NCBI GenBank assembly: GCA_964016885.1
Contig: OZ024741.1
Location: 191,332,001-191,396,000 of the forward strand
Source of the DNA: Eledone cirrhosa
Lineage: Eukaryota
Length of the DNA stretch: 64,000 nt
Reading direction: 5' to 3'
Made by a program: the position numbers and the translations under genes. The notes under the pieces are model-generated. The model was not told the DNA's origin. It searched no databases and saw only the letters and a program-made list of their open reading frames with translations. Each line of letters opens with the position of its first letter. Position 1 is the stretch's first letter. Shown here in pieces: positions 43,901 through 56,120 of this stretch.

Positions 43901-44843
43901 TGGAGAAAAGCAGTTTGCACGAATATGTGTCTGCGAGTAGGGAGCCAATGCTCAAAGTTGTACTGAAGGAGAAGACGATAGACCAGGGGATGTCCAAGGA
44001 GGAAATAACAACAAGGAGGAAGAGCAACCTTCATGAAAAATCCCTTCATAGCACTTTCTTTAAGAAAACAGAATTCAGAGATCCATAGACATGGAGCTGG
44101 TTAAAAAGAAGAGACCTTAAAAAAGCTACAGAAGGAATGCTAATGGCTGCACAAGAGCAAGCCCTCAGTACGAAGTGGGTGAAACACCATATTGACAAGG
44201 AGGAGGCTAACTCACTGTGTAGGATCTGTAGAGAGATAGAGGAGACTGTGGCTCACATTGTATCTGAGTGTAAACATCTAGCCCAGACTCACTATAAAGG
44301 CTGGAGGCACGATATAATAGGAAAGGTGATACACTGGCATTTATGCAAACTAAATAATTTACCACATTCTGAGGCGTGGTATGAGTATAAGCCAGAGTCG
44401 GTGATAGAAAGCGATTAAGTGAGGTAGCTATGGGATTTCAGGATACAGACAGAGAACACAATAGGCCTGACCTGGTGGTTTTTGACAAGGAAAAATGATC
44501 GTGCTTGATTGTAGATGTAGCCTAACCCCTTTGACACAAGAGCACAAGAAAAGGAGAAAATTAACCCATACCGGGATTTAAAGTGGGAGTTAAAAAGGAT
44601 TTGGGTCTGTCATGAGATCAAGGTCATCCCGATTGTCATAGGAGCACTAGGTACTATCTCAAAGAGTTTTCAATGATGGTTAAAGAACATTAGTCCAGCC
44701 CCCTTTTCTAGAACACTTCAAAAGGCATGCTTGCTGGGAACAGCAAGAACCCTCCAATATGTCCTGAATATCTGAGGTAGCGGCTTGATGTTCATTTGAA
44801 CAAACTTTCCAGTTAAATAACATCAATGACTGAGACTCAAAGA
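40908..44843 (+). mobile_element. R4/Dong-clade LINE (RT + CCHC + RLE), near full length, pseudogenised, flanked by (TAA)n
   Basis: NYRPITCLSVMWKLLT, DYKKAFD.VPH.W, IFQ.DSLSPLLF, HLLFMDDLKL, YKYLG, CRIC...ETVAHIVSEC..LAQ..YK..RHD, RPDLV, PIVIGALG. (AAT)n at 40857-40907 and aataataat at the 3' end. Confidence 0.85.
43538..43722 (+). mobile_element. SINE family A embedded in the R4/Dong element
   Basis: Near-identical to 14695-14880. Confidence 0.9.
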
Positions 44844-45079
44844 ATAATAATTATTAGCTGCACAAGATTTATCTCTAAACTTGAGCCTATAGACACAGAA
44901 TAGTGAAAAATGGGACAAGCCTTCTATGCAGAACATGCTACAAATACGAAAAAATGGTAGATCATGTTATCTCTGGGTGTCCAGAACTGGCAAAACTGAC
45001 TATATAGAAAGACACAAACACATTGTCAAATATGTGCACTGGATGCTCTGCTGTTTTCATGACATCCAAACCTCTGACA

Positions 45080-48000
45080 ATTCTGCTGCCAGTTGCAGTA
45101 GACATCTGCCAAAAGGTTGCTGAACAAGTTTGGCTTGTTTATGTAAAGCTCGTAGGGCAGAACATCCAAACCAGGCAATTTACCCCTTGTTCAGAGTCAT
45201 TGCATCCCATATTTCAGTAGTTGGTATTGGCCTTTTGCAGGACTCTTCCTCCATCATCGAGAAAAAGGCCCTCAAGGTAGATACTGAAGTCCATCTTGTG
45301 ATTCAGCCCACCACTGCTTCTGAACAGTTGAGCAAAGTGCTGCTGAAAGGCCACACACATCTGCTTCGGATTAAGTAAATTCTCCCATCATGGTGCGCCA
45401 GAGACTGGATTGTGACTTTGTTGCCATGCTGCACCTCCACCACCTGGGCCCATTGAATGGCTTTCGGCGCTTGGTATCTAAGAACATGCACCCTAGTTCT
45501 GACAACACAGCCATCATACTTAAGCCTTGAAAAAGTATGTCGGTTGTGATGCCTTTACTAAATGCCTCATCTAACTTTCTAACTAGTTCTCCCTCTGCTA
45601 TTTTTCTCTATCGCTACAGCCTTATTGAACCTAATGGACTCTATTCTAATCACCCTTTTCAGGGCGAACCACCATTCGTTGTTGACAAGTGACCCCATCA
45701 ACATCCGCTTAACTAATTCACTAATTCAGCCTCTGTAGGCTTTGTGTGCCAGGAGTGACACATTCAGTTTCCATTAGCTGGATCCCAGTCTATGGAGCCT
45801 ATCTAGATCGACCACAAAGATCACACATTTGTGGGCTGAGTAGTCGATTACCTTGAATTGTGGACACCCTAAGCTAGACATGTCTATTTCCTTACAAAAT
45901 ATCCTATCTAGATATTATCTGACTCGATGGAGTTTGTCCATGTCCACATTGGCACATTCGGAAATCTAGTTGGTACCAGTCAGACTGTTGAAAGCATCTG
46001 AGGTTTGCAAGGATTTTACACCCTCCTCCCCTATCCGTTAGTCCCATACAGTCCCACTGTGTATCCAATTTTCCACTCACACTATAGAGCAAGACATTCC
46101 TAGGATGGTTTCCTGGCGCCAGAAAAAAATCAGGCCACCCAGCCCCTGTCAAGGCGTAGATGGCCACTCACCTGAAAGTGTGCCCTTCGCTGCTGATCCC
46201 ATCCAGCACCACCACCAACCTACTTTCTGGGTCTAGGAAAATGGCCTCTGCTGCGAGATCCAGACCTCTCTGAAACAATACAACTACTCCACCTCCAGAT
46301 TCCGGACCACTTTGAGATGCGTATACATCGTAGCCGCTGAAAATGGGTATGAAGGCTCATGCCTTCGAGATTCTGGTCTCGCTGATGGCCACCACATCTA
46401 TGTTCAGTGACCTGGAGTTATTGAGCAAGTGACCTTGCTTCCAAGGCCATCCCAGGTCACGTTTATTTATACTGCCTATTCTGAGAGAGGCCATGTTTAA
46501 AGGGAAGAAACAAGTGGGAACTTACTCCTGGTTTTCTGGAGGAGGGACAGTTGCTTCCTCTGTCTGTCTAGTTGTGGCCTTCTCCACAAGGAGGTCTGTA
46601 TCTTCTTCTGGAGAGGATTTCTTAGAAGTCTCCAATTGAATCAGGGGAAATTTTCTTGTTTTTTTTATTTATTTGTATGATTTTTATATGTGTGGGTGGT
46701 GTGAATTTTGGAGTGTTGTGTATTTTTTTTCTGTAATGCCGGTGTTGTGCTGTATGAAGTTAAGTAATTTTGTTGTTGTTTGTGTTTATTGCTGTGTATA
46801 ACAGTTGTGTCATTTTGTTGGATTTGAGATTGTTGTTGTAATGTATGTGGGTTTGTTTTTGTTGTCGTCGTTGGCATTCTTTGAGGTGGGGTTGATGAAG
46901 GTGATGATGTTGGCGGGGGTGGCAGTGGGACTGATAATGATGAAGTATGGTGATGGTGATGCTTGTGGCGATGAAATTTTGAGTTTTTTTCTGTTTGTTT
47001 GTTTTACCCTTTTTTAGGGTGAAAGGGGGAAGTTCTTTCTTTTTATTCCCTGATTGTTTTCTGCCCCTCATCCTTGTCCCAATCTGTGTCCAATTGTGTG
47101 ACGTCGGGAAGGGGTAGGTCTTCCACAGGCATTGGTGTTGCAGTTTATGGTGGAAGTGGGGGTTTTGTTGTTGCTGTTGTTGATACTGGTGGTGTTTTTT
47201 TTGTTTTTTGCAGCGGCTGTAGCTACAGTCGGCTTTGTTGTTCCCAGCATTTGATCTGGCGTGGGAAGGAAAGGAGGCTTCGTCCCTGTCTTTGTTTTGA
47301 GCAGAAGGTCATTAGGTGGGTTTTCTCCCCACAGATGTGGAACCTTGACCTTCTACCCTCGACGGTCACGGGTAGGTAGCTTCCGCCGTCGAGGTCTATC
47401 ACATTGGGGATGGTTTCTATATTTTCCTGGTTTGTTTGGATCAGCAGTTCCATCTCAGATCCTGCCTAGTTTTCCTGCTTCATTTTTACCATATCCAGGA
47501 TTGTCGTTGTTTCCTTGTCGTCAGCAAGAACAGCCCCATAAGCCAAGAAATGGCTACTGAGGGCGGGTACAATGTGGGTTTTTGCGTGTAAAAATGAATA
47601 TAAAACAAAAACAAAGGATGTAACAAAAAAAAATAGAAAGAAAAGAAAATTCCCCACAAAATTCAGTCACCTTCACCACCAATGCAAGTGCCCTCTCTCA
47701 ATCTACAGACACATGCTCAGAGTAGGCCCATTCATTCGGGCCATTCTCACATCTTTCACCCACCTTTCAACAAATTGCTTTGAAGGCAGCATTTTCTTCT
47801 TCATCCTGATTTTTCTCTTCAAGTGAAACCTGAAGAAATTAATCAGGGAGTCACCGAAAAGGAAAATGGCCATCTTCAGCCCTTTCATACGCGTCCACCA
47901 TACGATCTCTTTCGCCATGGCCACCGGTCAGACAAAAACAGACTGCTCTTCCTTGCTAAAGAAAGGTGGCTAGGCGATTTTGACAATGGACTCAGTTGAC

Positions 48001-49750
48001 AGTCGGATCCGTCCCATATGTGACAGGAGGTGTTCAAGATAAACCCACAAGCCAACAATACCCAGACACTTGACGAGTGTGCACACGATGGTTTTGTGTG
48101 AGGTTTCTCTCTCAATCAGTTGCTAGATGAAGTGTTAATTGGCCTCAGATCCGTCTCTGATCTCAGGGGCTCAATTCATCGCGCAGGATTCTGGAAGTGC
48201 TAGTGATGGTAGACATTTGGGCATTGCCTATGAAGTCTACGTTGTTTATCATTACACTGACACCCCCCACCCCCCACACACATACACATACATACCACCA
48301 CCACTCATTAGAGAAGCAAATTGTGGATATTACATGTCGAAAGAGTCCATGCCTATAAACCATCTAATGTTTATAAACGACTTAAAGTTGTATGGCCGTA
48401 ATGAAAGAGAACTTCATTCACTTGTCTACACGGTGAGAATTGTATCAGATGACACAGGCATAAAGTTTGGTTCAGATAAGTGCAAAACATTGTCAATGAA
48501 AAAGGGCAAATTGCTTGAGATCAATGATATTGAAATGCCTGATGGTGAAAGAATGTTACAAATTGAAGAAACAGATTACAAATAATAATGAGTTCTTTAT
48601 TAGCCACACAGGGCTCACATTAAGAAAACTTTAAGGATGATACAGGGCAATGCAGTGTGGGTTTTAGTGTGGAAAAAATGTTTTAACAAAAACAAGGAAA
48701 ACATGTAAAAATTCAAACAAGCCAAATTCCTTAATAGGGAGGACTTCCGAGAGTCACACATGAAGAAAGGGCACAAAAAACCATGGTTGCTCTGAATGCT
48801 AGAGCAAGTGCTCTCTCTCAGTTCTACTCCTCCAATCTACAGGCACATACTCAGAGCAGACCCATTCACTCGGGCCATGCTCACCTCTCCCTCCCACCTT
48901 TCAACAAACTGTTTGGAAGGCAGTACTTCCCTCTCCACTCTGATTTTCCTCATCAGGAAGATCAGAGGCTTCGCTGAAGAGGAATGTGCTTGTCTTCAAC
49001 CTTTTCCCAATGTGTCCACCACACGACCTCTTTTGCCATGGCCACCAAGCAGATAAAAACTGCCTGCCTTTCCTGACTAAAGGATGGACTCAGCATATAG
49101 CCGGATCTGTCATGCACATAACAGCATATATTCAATATAAACCCATAAGTCATCAATGCTCGGGCACATGACAAGTGCATGCAGGATGGTTTTGTCACCC
49201 TGCGCGCATCTCGGACAAGCCCAGTTGGACAGCACTTCCATTCTTGTAGAGTTTAAACCAGGCAATCTGTCTCTCATGCATTCAGTCATCTCCTTCGGTA
49301 TCTCAGCCTTTCGTAACACTCTGCCTCCATGATCAAAAGCTGCAGCAGGCAGTCAAGTCTACCCAGCGATCTGGTCCGTCACCGCTTCTGAACATGTCCA
49401 CATTGGCTGATTCGAGAAATCCAGTTGGTACCTGTCAGACAATTGGAAATGTCTGAGCAAATGTGCAGGGCTTTTACACTCTGCTCACTTATCTGCTAGC
49501 CCCAAACAGCTCCATCGTGCGTCTAAGATACCCTTCCAGTCGCCCACTAACACTAAAGAGCAGGATCTTCCTAGAAAGGTCCAGCATCACCAACTTACTT
49601 TCTGGTCCAGGAAGATGGTCTGTATCGTAAGATCCAAGCCTTTCCAAAACATCATAGCGATTCTGCCTCCAGATCCCAAACACCTTGTAGCCGCTGAAAA
49701 TGGGTGTGAAGGTCTTATTGATGGCCACGTGCATTTATACTGCCTATTCT
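45080..49750 (-). mobile_element. Cluster of Tx1/L1-clade fragments (45080-47560, 47560-48100, 48590-49320, 49380-49750)
   Basis: Segments homologous to parts of 35570-40690 (ORF1 knuckle HICGEKTHLMTFC, AIYALTGAG.PDFF, AMAKEIVWWTR.KGLK...LKRKIR). Confidence 0.75.
48290..48585 (+). mobile_element. R4/Dong-like RT fragment
   Basis: INHLMFINDLKLYG...LVYTVRIVSDDTGIKFGSDKC. Confidence 0.7.
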
Positions 49751-50195
49751 GTTAAAGGTAAAAAAAATTAAAATAAAGGGTTGTTAACTCCTGGTGGAGT
49801 GATATGGATGTCGTCCTGACACACATGGTGTATCTTTTAAACATGGTGGAGCCCATCTCTAGGTCGAGACACAGCTGATCTCTTCCAGGGAAAGAGAGGG
49901 GGGGGGGGGTAAAAAAGAGATATAGGGAAATAACCAGCCCCCAGTACAGAAATAGAACATTATTTATCGACCTTGAAGGGATGACAGGCAATGTTGACTT
50001 CTGTAGGATTTAAACTCAGAGAGCACAGGGCCTGAACAAAAACCGAGACATTTTTATCTGCTACCCTAATGACAGCCAAATCACCACCTTATAACAGAAG
50101 TAAGGTTGATCCAATTGACACTACTACTTTTCTCCTTTACATCGCACTACTTTTAACTCTACTTTAAAAATAATTAGATCTCTTCTATATTTCAG

Positions 50196-50350
50196 TTCTT
50201 CACTACATAGTTATGGTGTACACAGGGGACATAGCTAAAGCTGGAAGTGATGCCAATGTATTTCTCAACATCTTTGGTGAACGTGGAGACACTGGAGAAC
50301 GAGATTTGGAAAAATCTAAGTACAACAGAAATAAATTTGAAAGAGGAAAG
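50196..50350 (+). CDS. LOXHD1: Exon of LOXHD1-like gene; N-terminal part of the next PLAT repeat (absent from the ORF track)
   Basis: atttcag acceptor, phase 1, matching the 12809 donor. Encodes (V)[51 protein letters not shown], a strong PLAT N-terminal consensus. AAG|gtatat donor, phase 0. Confidence 0.88.
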
Positions 50351-50351
50351 G

Positions 50352-50382
<31 letters not shown>

Positions 50383-50774
50383 GTGTATGTAGGCTTTGAG
50401 CGTAACACTTATGGTGTATCTGATACCACACTTGTTTTTGTGGTTGTCTTTGCTGTTATTTTTGTTGTTATAGCTGTTGTTATTGTTGTTTTTATTGTTA
50501 TTTTTGTTGTTGAGACATTTTCAACCATGTCACCTCCTTTTATAACGATGAATTAACATGCAATGATTTTAGCAACAACTGGCATACAAAGAACTCTTTC
50601 CTGACAATAGTAGAAGCAGGAAGAGGAACATATTTTGTTTCAATGTAACGTACAAAAACCTGAAGGTATTAATAATAGTAAAAGTAATAATAATGATGAG
50701 GACATTAAATGTAGTGTTATAGGATTTAGGCTCATACATAATTATGCACTATAACACTACTTTTAATGTTCTCA

Positions 50775-51305
50775 TCACCGTTCTCCTTTAGAGGGGAAGG
50801 ACAGGCAGTTTTTATCTGCCTGGTGGCCATGGCGAAAGAGGTCATATGGTGGACGTGTTTGAAAGGGTTGAAGACAGCCATCTTCCTCTTTGGCAAAGCC
50901 CTGATTAACTTTTCAGATTTCACTTAAAGAGGAATATCAGGGTGGAGAAGGAAGTGCTGCACTCCAGCCAGTTTGTTGAAAGGTGGGTGAGAGTGCTGAG
51001 CCTGGTCTGTGTGAATGGGCCTGCCTTGAGTATACACCTGTAGATTGGACTAGAAGGACTGGGAGAGGGCACTTTGCCCTAGCAGACACGGTGACCATGG
51101 CTTTTGTGGGATTTCTGCATGAGTGACCCTTAGAGCCTCCTCAACTTTGGGGAAGTTGTTATGGTATGTTTTAAATATTTATTGTCTTAGTCTCTGTTAT
51201 AAATTTTATTTTACACAAAGAAAAACCCACACTGTATCGTCCTGTATTGTCTTTAATGTTTCCTTAATGTGAGCCCTGTATAGCTAATAAAGAAATCATT
51301 ATTAC
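50775..51305 (+). mobile_element. Tx1/L1-clade 3' fragment
   Basis: VFICLVAMAKEVIWWTCLKGLK...FHLKRNIRVEK, followed by aataaagaaatcattatt. Confidence 0.78.
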
Positions 51306-51599
51306 TTTTATTATTATGAATACCTTCAGTTTTTTTTTTGTTTAATCATTTTACTTTTATTGACATCATTTTCCGTACATAGTAGCTGGAAATCATTCAG
51401 CTATTCTAAAAAGAATATTAATCCCCTGATTTTTTTCATAGCAAAAATGTGGGTTTTTTTCATAGCAAGAAATTGTTCTTCTCACTCCACATAATGACAT
51501 AATGATCCTTGCATATTTTTTGCCTATCGTCAGAGAATGTTTTCACGAATCAATGTTATGTCTTCCTGTTTTCGTTTGGTTGTAACGTTTTATGAAATA

Positions 51600-52509
51600 C
51601 TAGCTGACGTACCCAGCTTCGCCCGGATAAACAGATAAGAGAAGACAGGTAGAAGAGAAAACGACTAATTTGGATGTTTTACAGTATGAAGCGAGATCGT
51701 GGTGTGTGTGTGTGTTACAAAAACATAAACAGTAAAAAAAATCTTTCAGATACACCAGATTCTTCGTTTTACCATTCATGCATAGTATATGAAGATTTCT
51801 AGGCATTTCCACTTGTGAACAACCTACATATAACTGTCCATGGATAAAAAGCGATTCTTTTGTATTCATTTCTACAACTTTGAAACTCTGAGCCTAAGCT
51901 TTATTTATTGTCATAGCAAAACTGGCTCTAACAGGGAACTGAAGTCTTGAGAATTTCAATGGCAGCTCGGTAGAGGAAAGGATAAGAGGAATCTTGGGAA
52001 TAAATGGATTTTCTTCTTGATGATTGCCTCCAAGAGTAGTGACCTCTCGGAGATGGTTCATCATCCTTCTGGCTGTAAAGCATAGAAGTAGCAGGTCCAC
52101 ATTTCTCAAAAGGATGATGGAAATTACAATATTTTATATTATATGTAGATATAGATATAGATAACTGTATATAAATGTGTGTGTATGCGTGCGCCGAGTG
52201 TATGTGTGTGTCTGTAAACCAGCGTCCGAATAGTGTGTTTAACACACACACACCCAGAGACACATACACACTACACTCATATACAAAATGTGACGTCGTC
52301 GTCGTCGTGTTATAAAATATGTTTATTTATAGTTGTCTATAGTAGATTATGTTAGATAAAGCGTTATATTGCTTCAATCCAAATGGAAAAAAATATATGT
52401 TGACACTCCCAGGGCCTAATACTATTACCTTGTAAAATTTGATTTGATTTGGTCAAGCCGTTTGGGAGACAGACAGACAGAGAGACAAAGAATTTTATGT
52501 ATAGAGAGA
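51600..52509 (-). mobile_element. Non-autonomous Helitron carrying a Pif1-like helicase C-terminal remnant
   Basis: RLQFPVRASFAMTINKA*AQS...FIHGQLYVGCSQV. 5' TC and 3' CCGGGCGAAGCTGGG...CTAG termini. Inserted at A|T. Confidence 0.85.
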
Positions 52510-53178
52510 TTTACTTCTGCGTCTACAGATTGATTTTTCTCAGTTTCAGAGGATCCCTTAATAGGGTGAAAGCAGAAATTATTTGCTTAAACTTTAATCT
52601 GTACTACTCCTACTACTACTACTATAATATATATATATATATATGCAAAAGACAAACAGAAATAACAAAGGAAATGACACAGTACAATGAAGAATATATT
52701 ATTAGTTTTACGCTTGATATAGTAGTAAATGTTTCGGTCACTAGTCCTTCATCAGAAAATAGATTAAGAAATTAAAGAAGAAATAGAAAGATTGAGAAGA
52801 TGGCGGGGCGGAAACAGACAAAAAAAATTAAAGAAATCAAACAGGTCCATTCATGTTGCCATTTCTATATATATACATATATATATATATATTGTTATAC
52901 TTTGGGAGGGTCATATTGTTGTAATAATATTGCCAGAAATAATAACAGAATACACTCACTGTTTGGTTGGTTTTCGCTTCTGTATCTTTTATATCTCCAT
53001 AGTTAATTTATTTGGCAATCAGTGTTTATCATTGACTGACCAACGGTTAAAAATACAGATATAAATATATATATAGTCTAACAAAGTTCTTTTCTTGTAT
53101 ATCTGCAACATCATCAGTGGTACTATTATCATGTTGCCTCCTATTGTATTGCATTGTAATGCTTACGCCATTTTTATT

Positions 53179-53237
<59 letters not shown>

Positions 53238-53614
53238 TTTTTGTCTCCGTCTTTACGCATGCGTTTGGGTGTGTGTATAATGTTTGGTGTGTGTGTGTTT
53301 GCGTTTGAGTGTATATGTTTTGGTTTTTGTGTTCTATCTTTGTTCACTAGTGTGTGTTTATATGTGTTTGTTGTTATTGTACTTGTGTGTATATTTATTT
53401 ATTTATATTTCCCTTAAGTCAGTATTGTTTGTTTGGGGATGTTTGATATGTATATATATTGACTGGTCGGTCAAGGTGATATATATATGCAAAAGTTTTA
53501 TTTAAAATTGTTGGGTTACAACAAGTAAATATTTTATAACTGATATAAAGCACTCAACAATTATTTATAAAACTGTTTTTTATAAAAATTATTTATAAAA
53601 CTGTTTATATATTG

Positions 53615-53680
53615 TATTTTATCTGAAGAAGGCATGCCATATTTTTAATATGGTATCCCCGAAATATGTATAATGAAATA
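53615..53680 (+). ncRNA. Minimal type I hammerhead ribozyme motif
   Basis: TATTTTAT-CTGAAGA-aGG cATGCCATATT..AATATGGTAT cCCc-GAAA-T ATGT A-TA-ATGAAATA. 8-bp stem I and a long stem II. Confidence 0.65.
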
Positions 53681-53720
53681 AATATGGTTTTATAAATATA
53701 GTTTCCATTTGTTTAATATC

Positions 53721-53767
<47 letters not shown>

Positions 53768-54650
53768 GTTATAGAAATGACTTCTAGAGGACTATAAACT
53801 TGTTCAAGAACGTCAATGATTTGGCTGCTCTTCCTCCATAGCTTCACCATGAGTTATATGGCCTCAATTTTGATGGAGGCCATATAACTCATGCTGACGT
53901 CTGACTGGCAGCGCCGCATTGCAACATGCATTTAAGGATTCATGTTAGAACATGTTATGAAACGTTAGTACGAGAGCGTACAGGTGAACTGAGATCAAAA
54001 TCCCTGCATATGACTTTTAGCTATGAACTTTTGAACCCCTCATATATATATATAATTAGAATTTAGCTTCAAACATAGCTGTATACAAATATGTAATGTA
54101 TTTGAATTTCGTATTTCTAAAAAAATATGGTATGTTTATAAATAAACATTTAGCTATGCAAAGACACTGGCAGCTAACGTCACCCAGCAGTGTCCAGCAG
54201 AAGCAAGAGAGACAATCGTCGATACATTTCGAACTTGACTGGTTCTCGTCAGGACGATCTCTCCCGCTCTTGCAACTGCTGGACTTTGAAAACAGGCGAA
54301 AATATATAGTTTTTTCGTCTGTGTAAATGAGATGATTAATTTCATTTGTATATGAAGCTGTATAATTTAGCTCAACTTATAACACGGGTGGTCTAGTTAT
54401 ATATATATCTATCTATCTAGGGCGGGGAAAATTCCCGAGATCCATGAACGAGTTCTCTCCAGCGGTCTCTGTCCCTCATTATCGCTGCCATGTCCTGTCT
54501 CTACAACAGACCAGTGTCTGTCCTTAGGGCATCAACATATGTTAACCTCAATCTTCCTCTTCCAGTGTATATATATATATATATATACATCGGTAATTAT
54601 TTCTCTTCCTTTGAACTAAATAATTTACCTCATAGCATTATAACCTACTC

Positions 54651-54726
<76 letters not shown>

Positions 54727-54862
54727 AGTGTAATTTTCTACACAAAACGAAGGTTATAGAGAAAATTGAGGTTGGTAATGGCACATGGAATATATAAGAG
54801 ACAGAATACTTTTTTGTGAAAAAACATAATTTTATAAGGTAAGGAAATAATAAAGGGTATAA

Positions 54863-54910
54863 AAAATGACCGGTTTCGATGGGTCTGCAAAAGCCATCTT
54901 TTCAAATGTT
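54863..54910 (-). ncRNA. Hammerhead ribozyme motif, U3:A8 variant (Neptune pLTR)
   Basis: AACAT-TTGAAAA-GATGG..CCATC-GAAA-CCGG-TC-ATTTT. Palindromic stem III and a GUC cleavage triplet. Confidence 0.62.
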
Positions 54911-55262
54911 GATTAATATTAAGAAAAATTAATAATACGAAGAGTTAAAATTTGAGACTTGAAAATTCAAGTATAAAATTCATTGTGGGATTTCATAGCA
55001 GTTTTCATCTAGGTAGCAACAACAGGTTGACTGATGTGTCCCTTTCTGGTAGTGAATGAGAAGTTATTTGGGGTGTGGGTTATTTTATAAAGGTCAGATT
55101 TAGCAATCGCCAGCTGCTGGTCAGTGAGGGGGTGGAAGCAATATACACACACATATATATCTTCCTGTGATGGGTAGGAGAGTGGAGCGTGATAGAAAAG
55201 GATTTAGTGCACTTACACCTATATATACACACATACCTTCATCCACACATACATACATATAC

Positions 55263-55303
<41 letters not shown>

Positions 55304-55372
55304 CATACATACATACACACACACATACATATACATACACACATACACACACACACACATATATATACACAT

Positions 55373-55429
<57 letters not shown>

Positions 55430-55480
55430 CACACACACACATATATATACATACACATACATCCAGATACACACATACAT

Positions 55481-55553
<73 letters not shown>

Positions 55554-55616
55554 CACACACACCCCCACACATACATACACACACACATATATATATACAT
55601 ACACACATACAAACAT

Positions 55617-55647
<31 letters not shown>

Positions 55648-55661
55648 CACACATACACACA

Positions 55662-55692
<31 letters not shown>

Positions 55693-55736
55693 GCATATAT
55701 ATATATATATACACATACGCATACATCCAGATACCC

Positions 55737-55779
<43 letters not shown>

Positions 55780-56120
55780 CAATACATACATCCACATGCA
55801 CACACATACTCACACACACACACACACACATACATACACCCACACACAGAGAAATGGCCTTCAAATATATATATATATATATACATACAGACACATATAT
55901 TTTTTCCATAATATAAGAAGTTGGGGCAGTGAAATTAAAATAATTCTGTGTGCGCATATATATATAGATATATGTGTGTGCACGTGCAGGGTTTAACATG
56001 GATGTGTTGGTCACACAAAGGCATGGTCTGTCAATGAATAAACCTGATTCTACAGAATTGGTCTCTGGTCTTTAATAGTAGTGATTCCGTGCGTATGTGT
56101 GTTTATATTTTATGACAATT

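Noticed and set aside
55121-56014. Long ORFs in several frames ([12 protein letters not shown])
   Set aside because: Translations of (TA)n/(CA)n microsatellite. The same applies to 11469-11799, 14887-15288, 20867-21215, 25528-26126 and 29845-32544.
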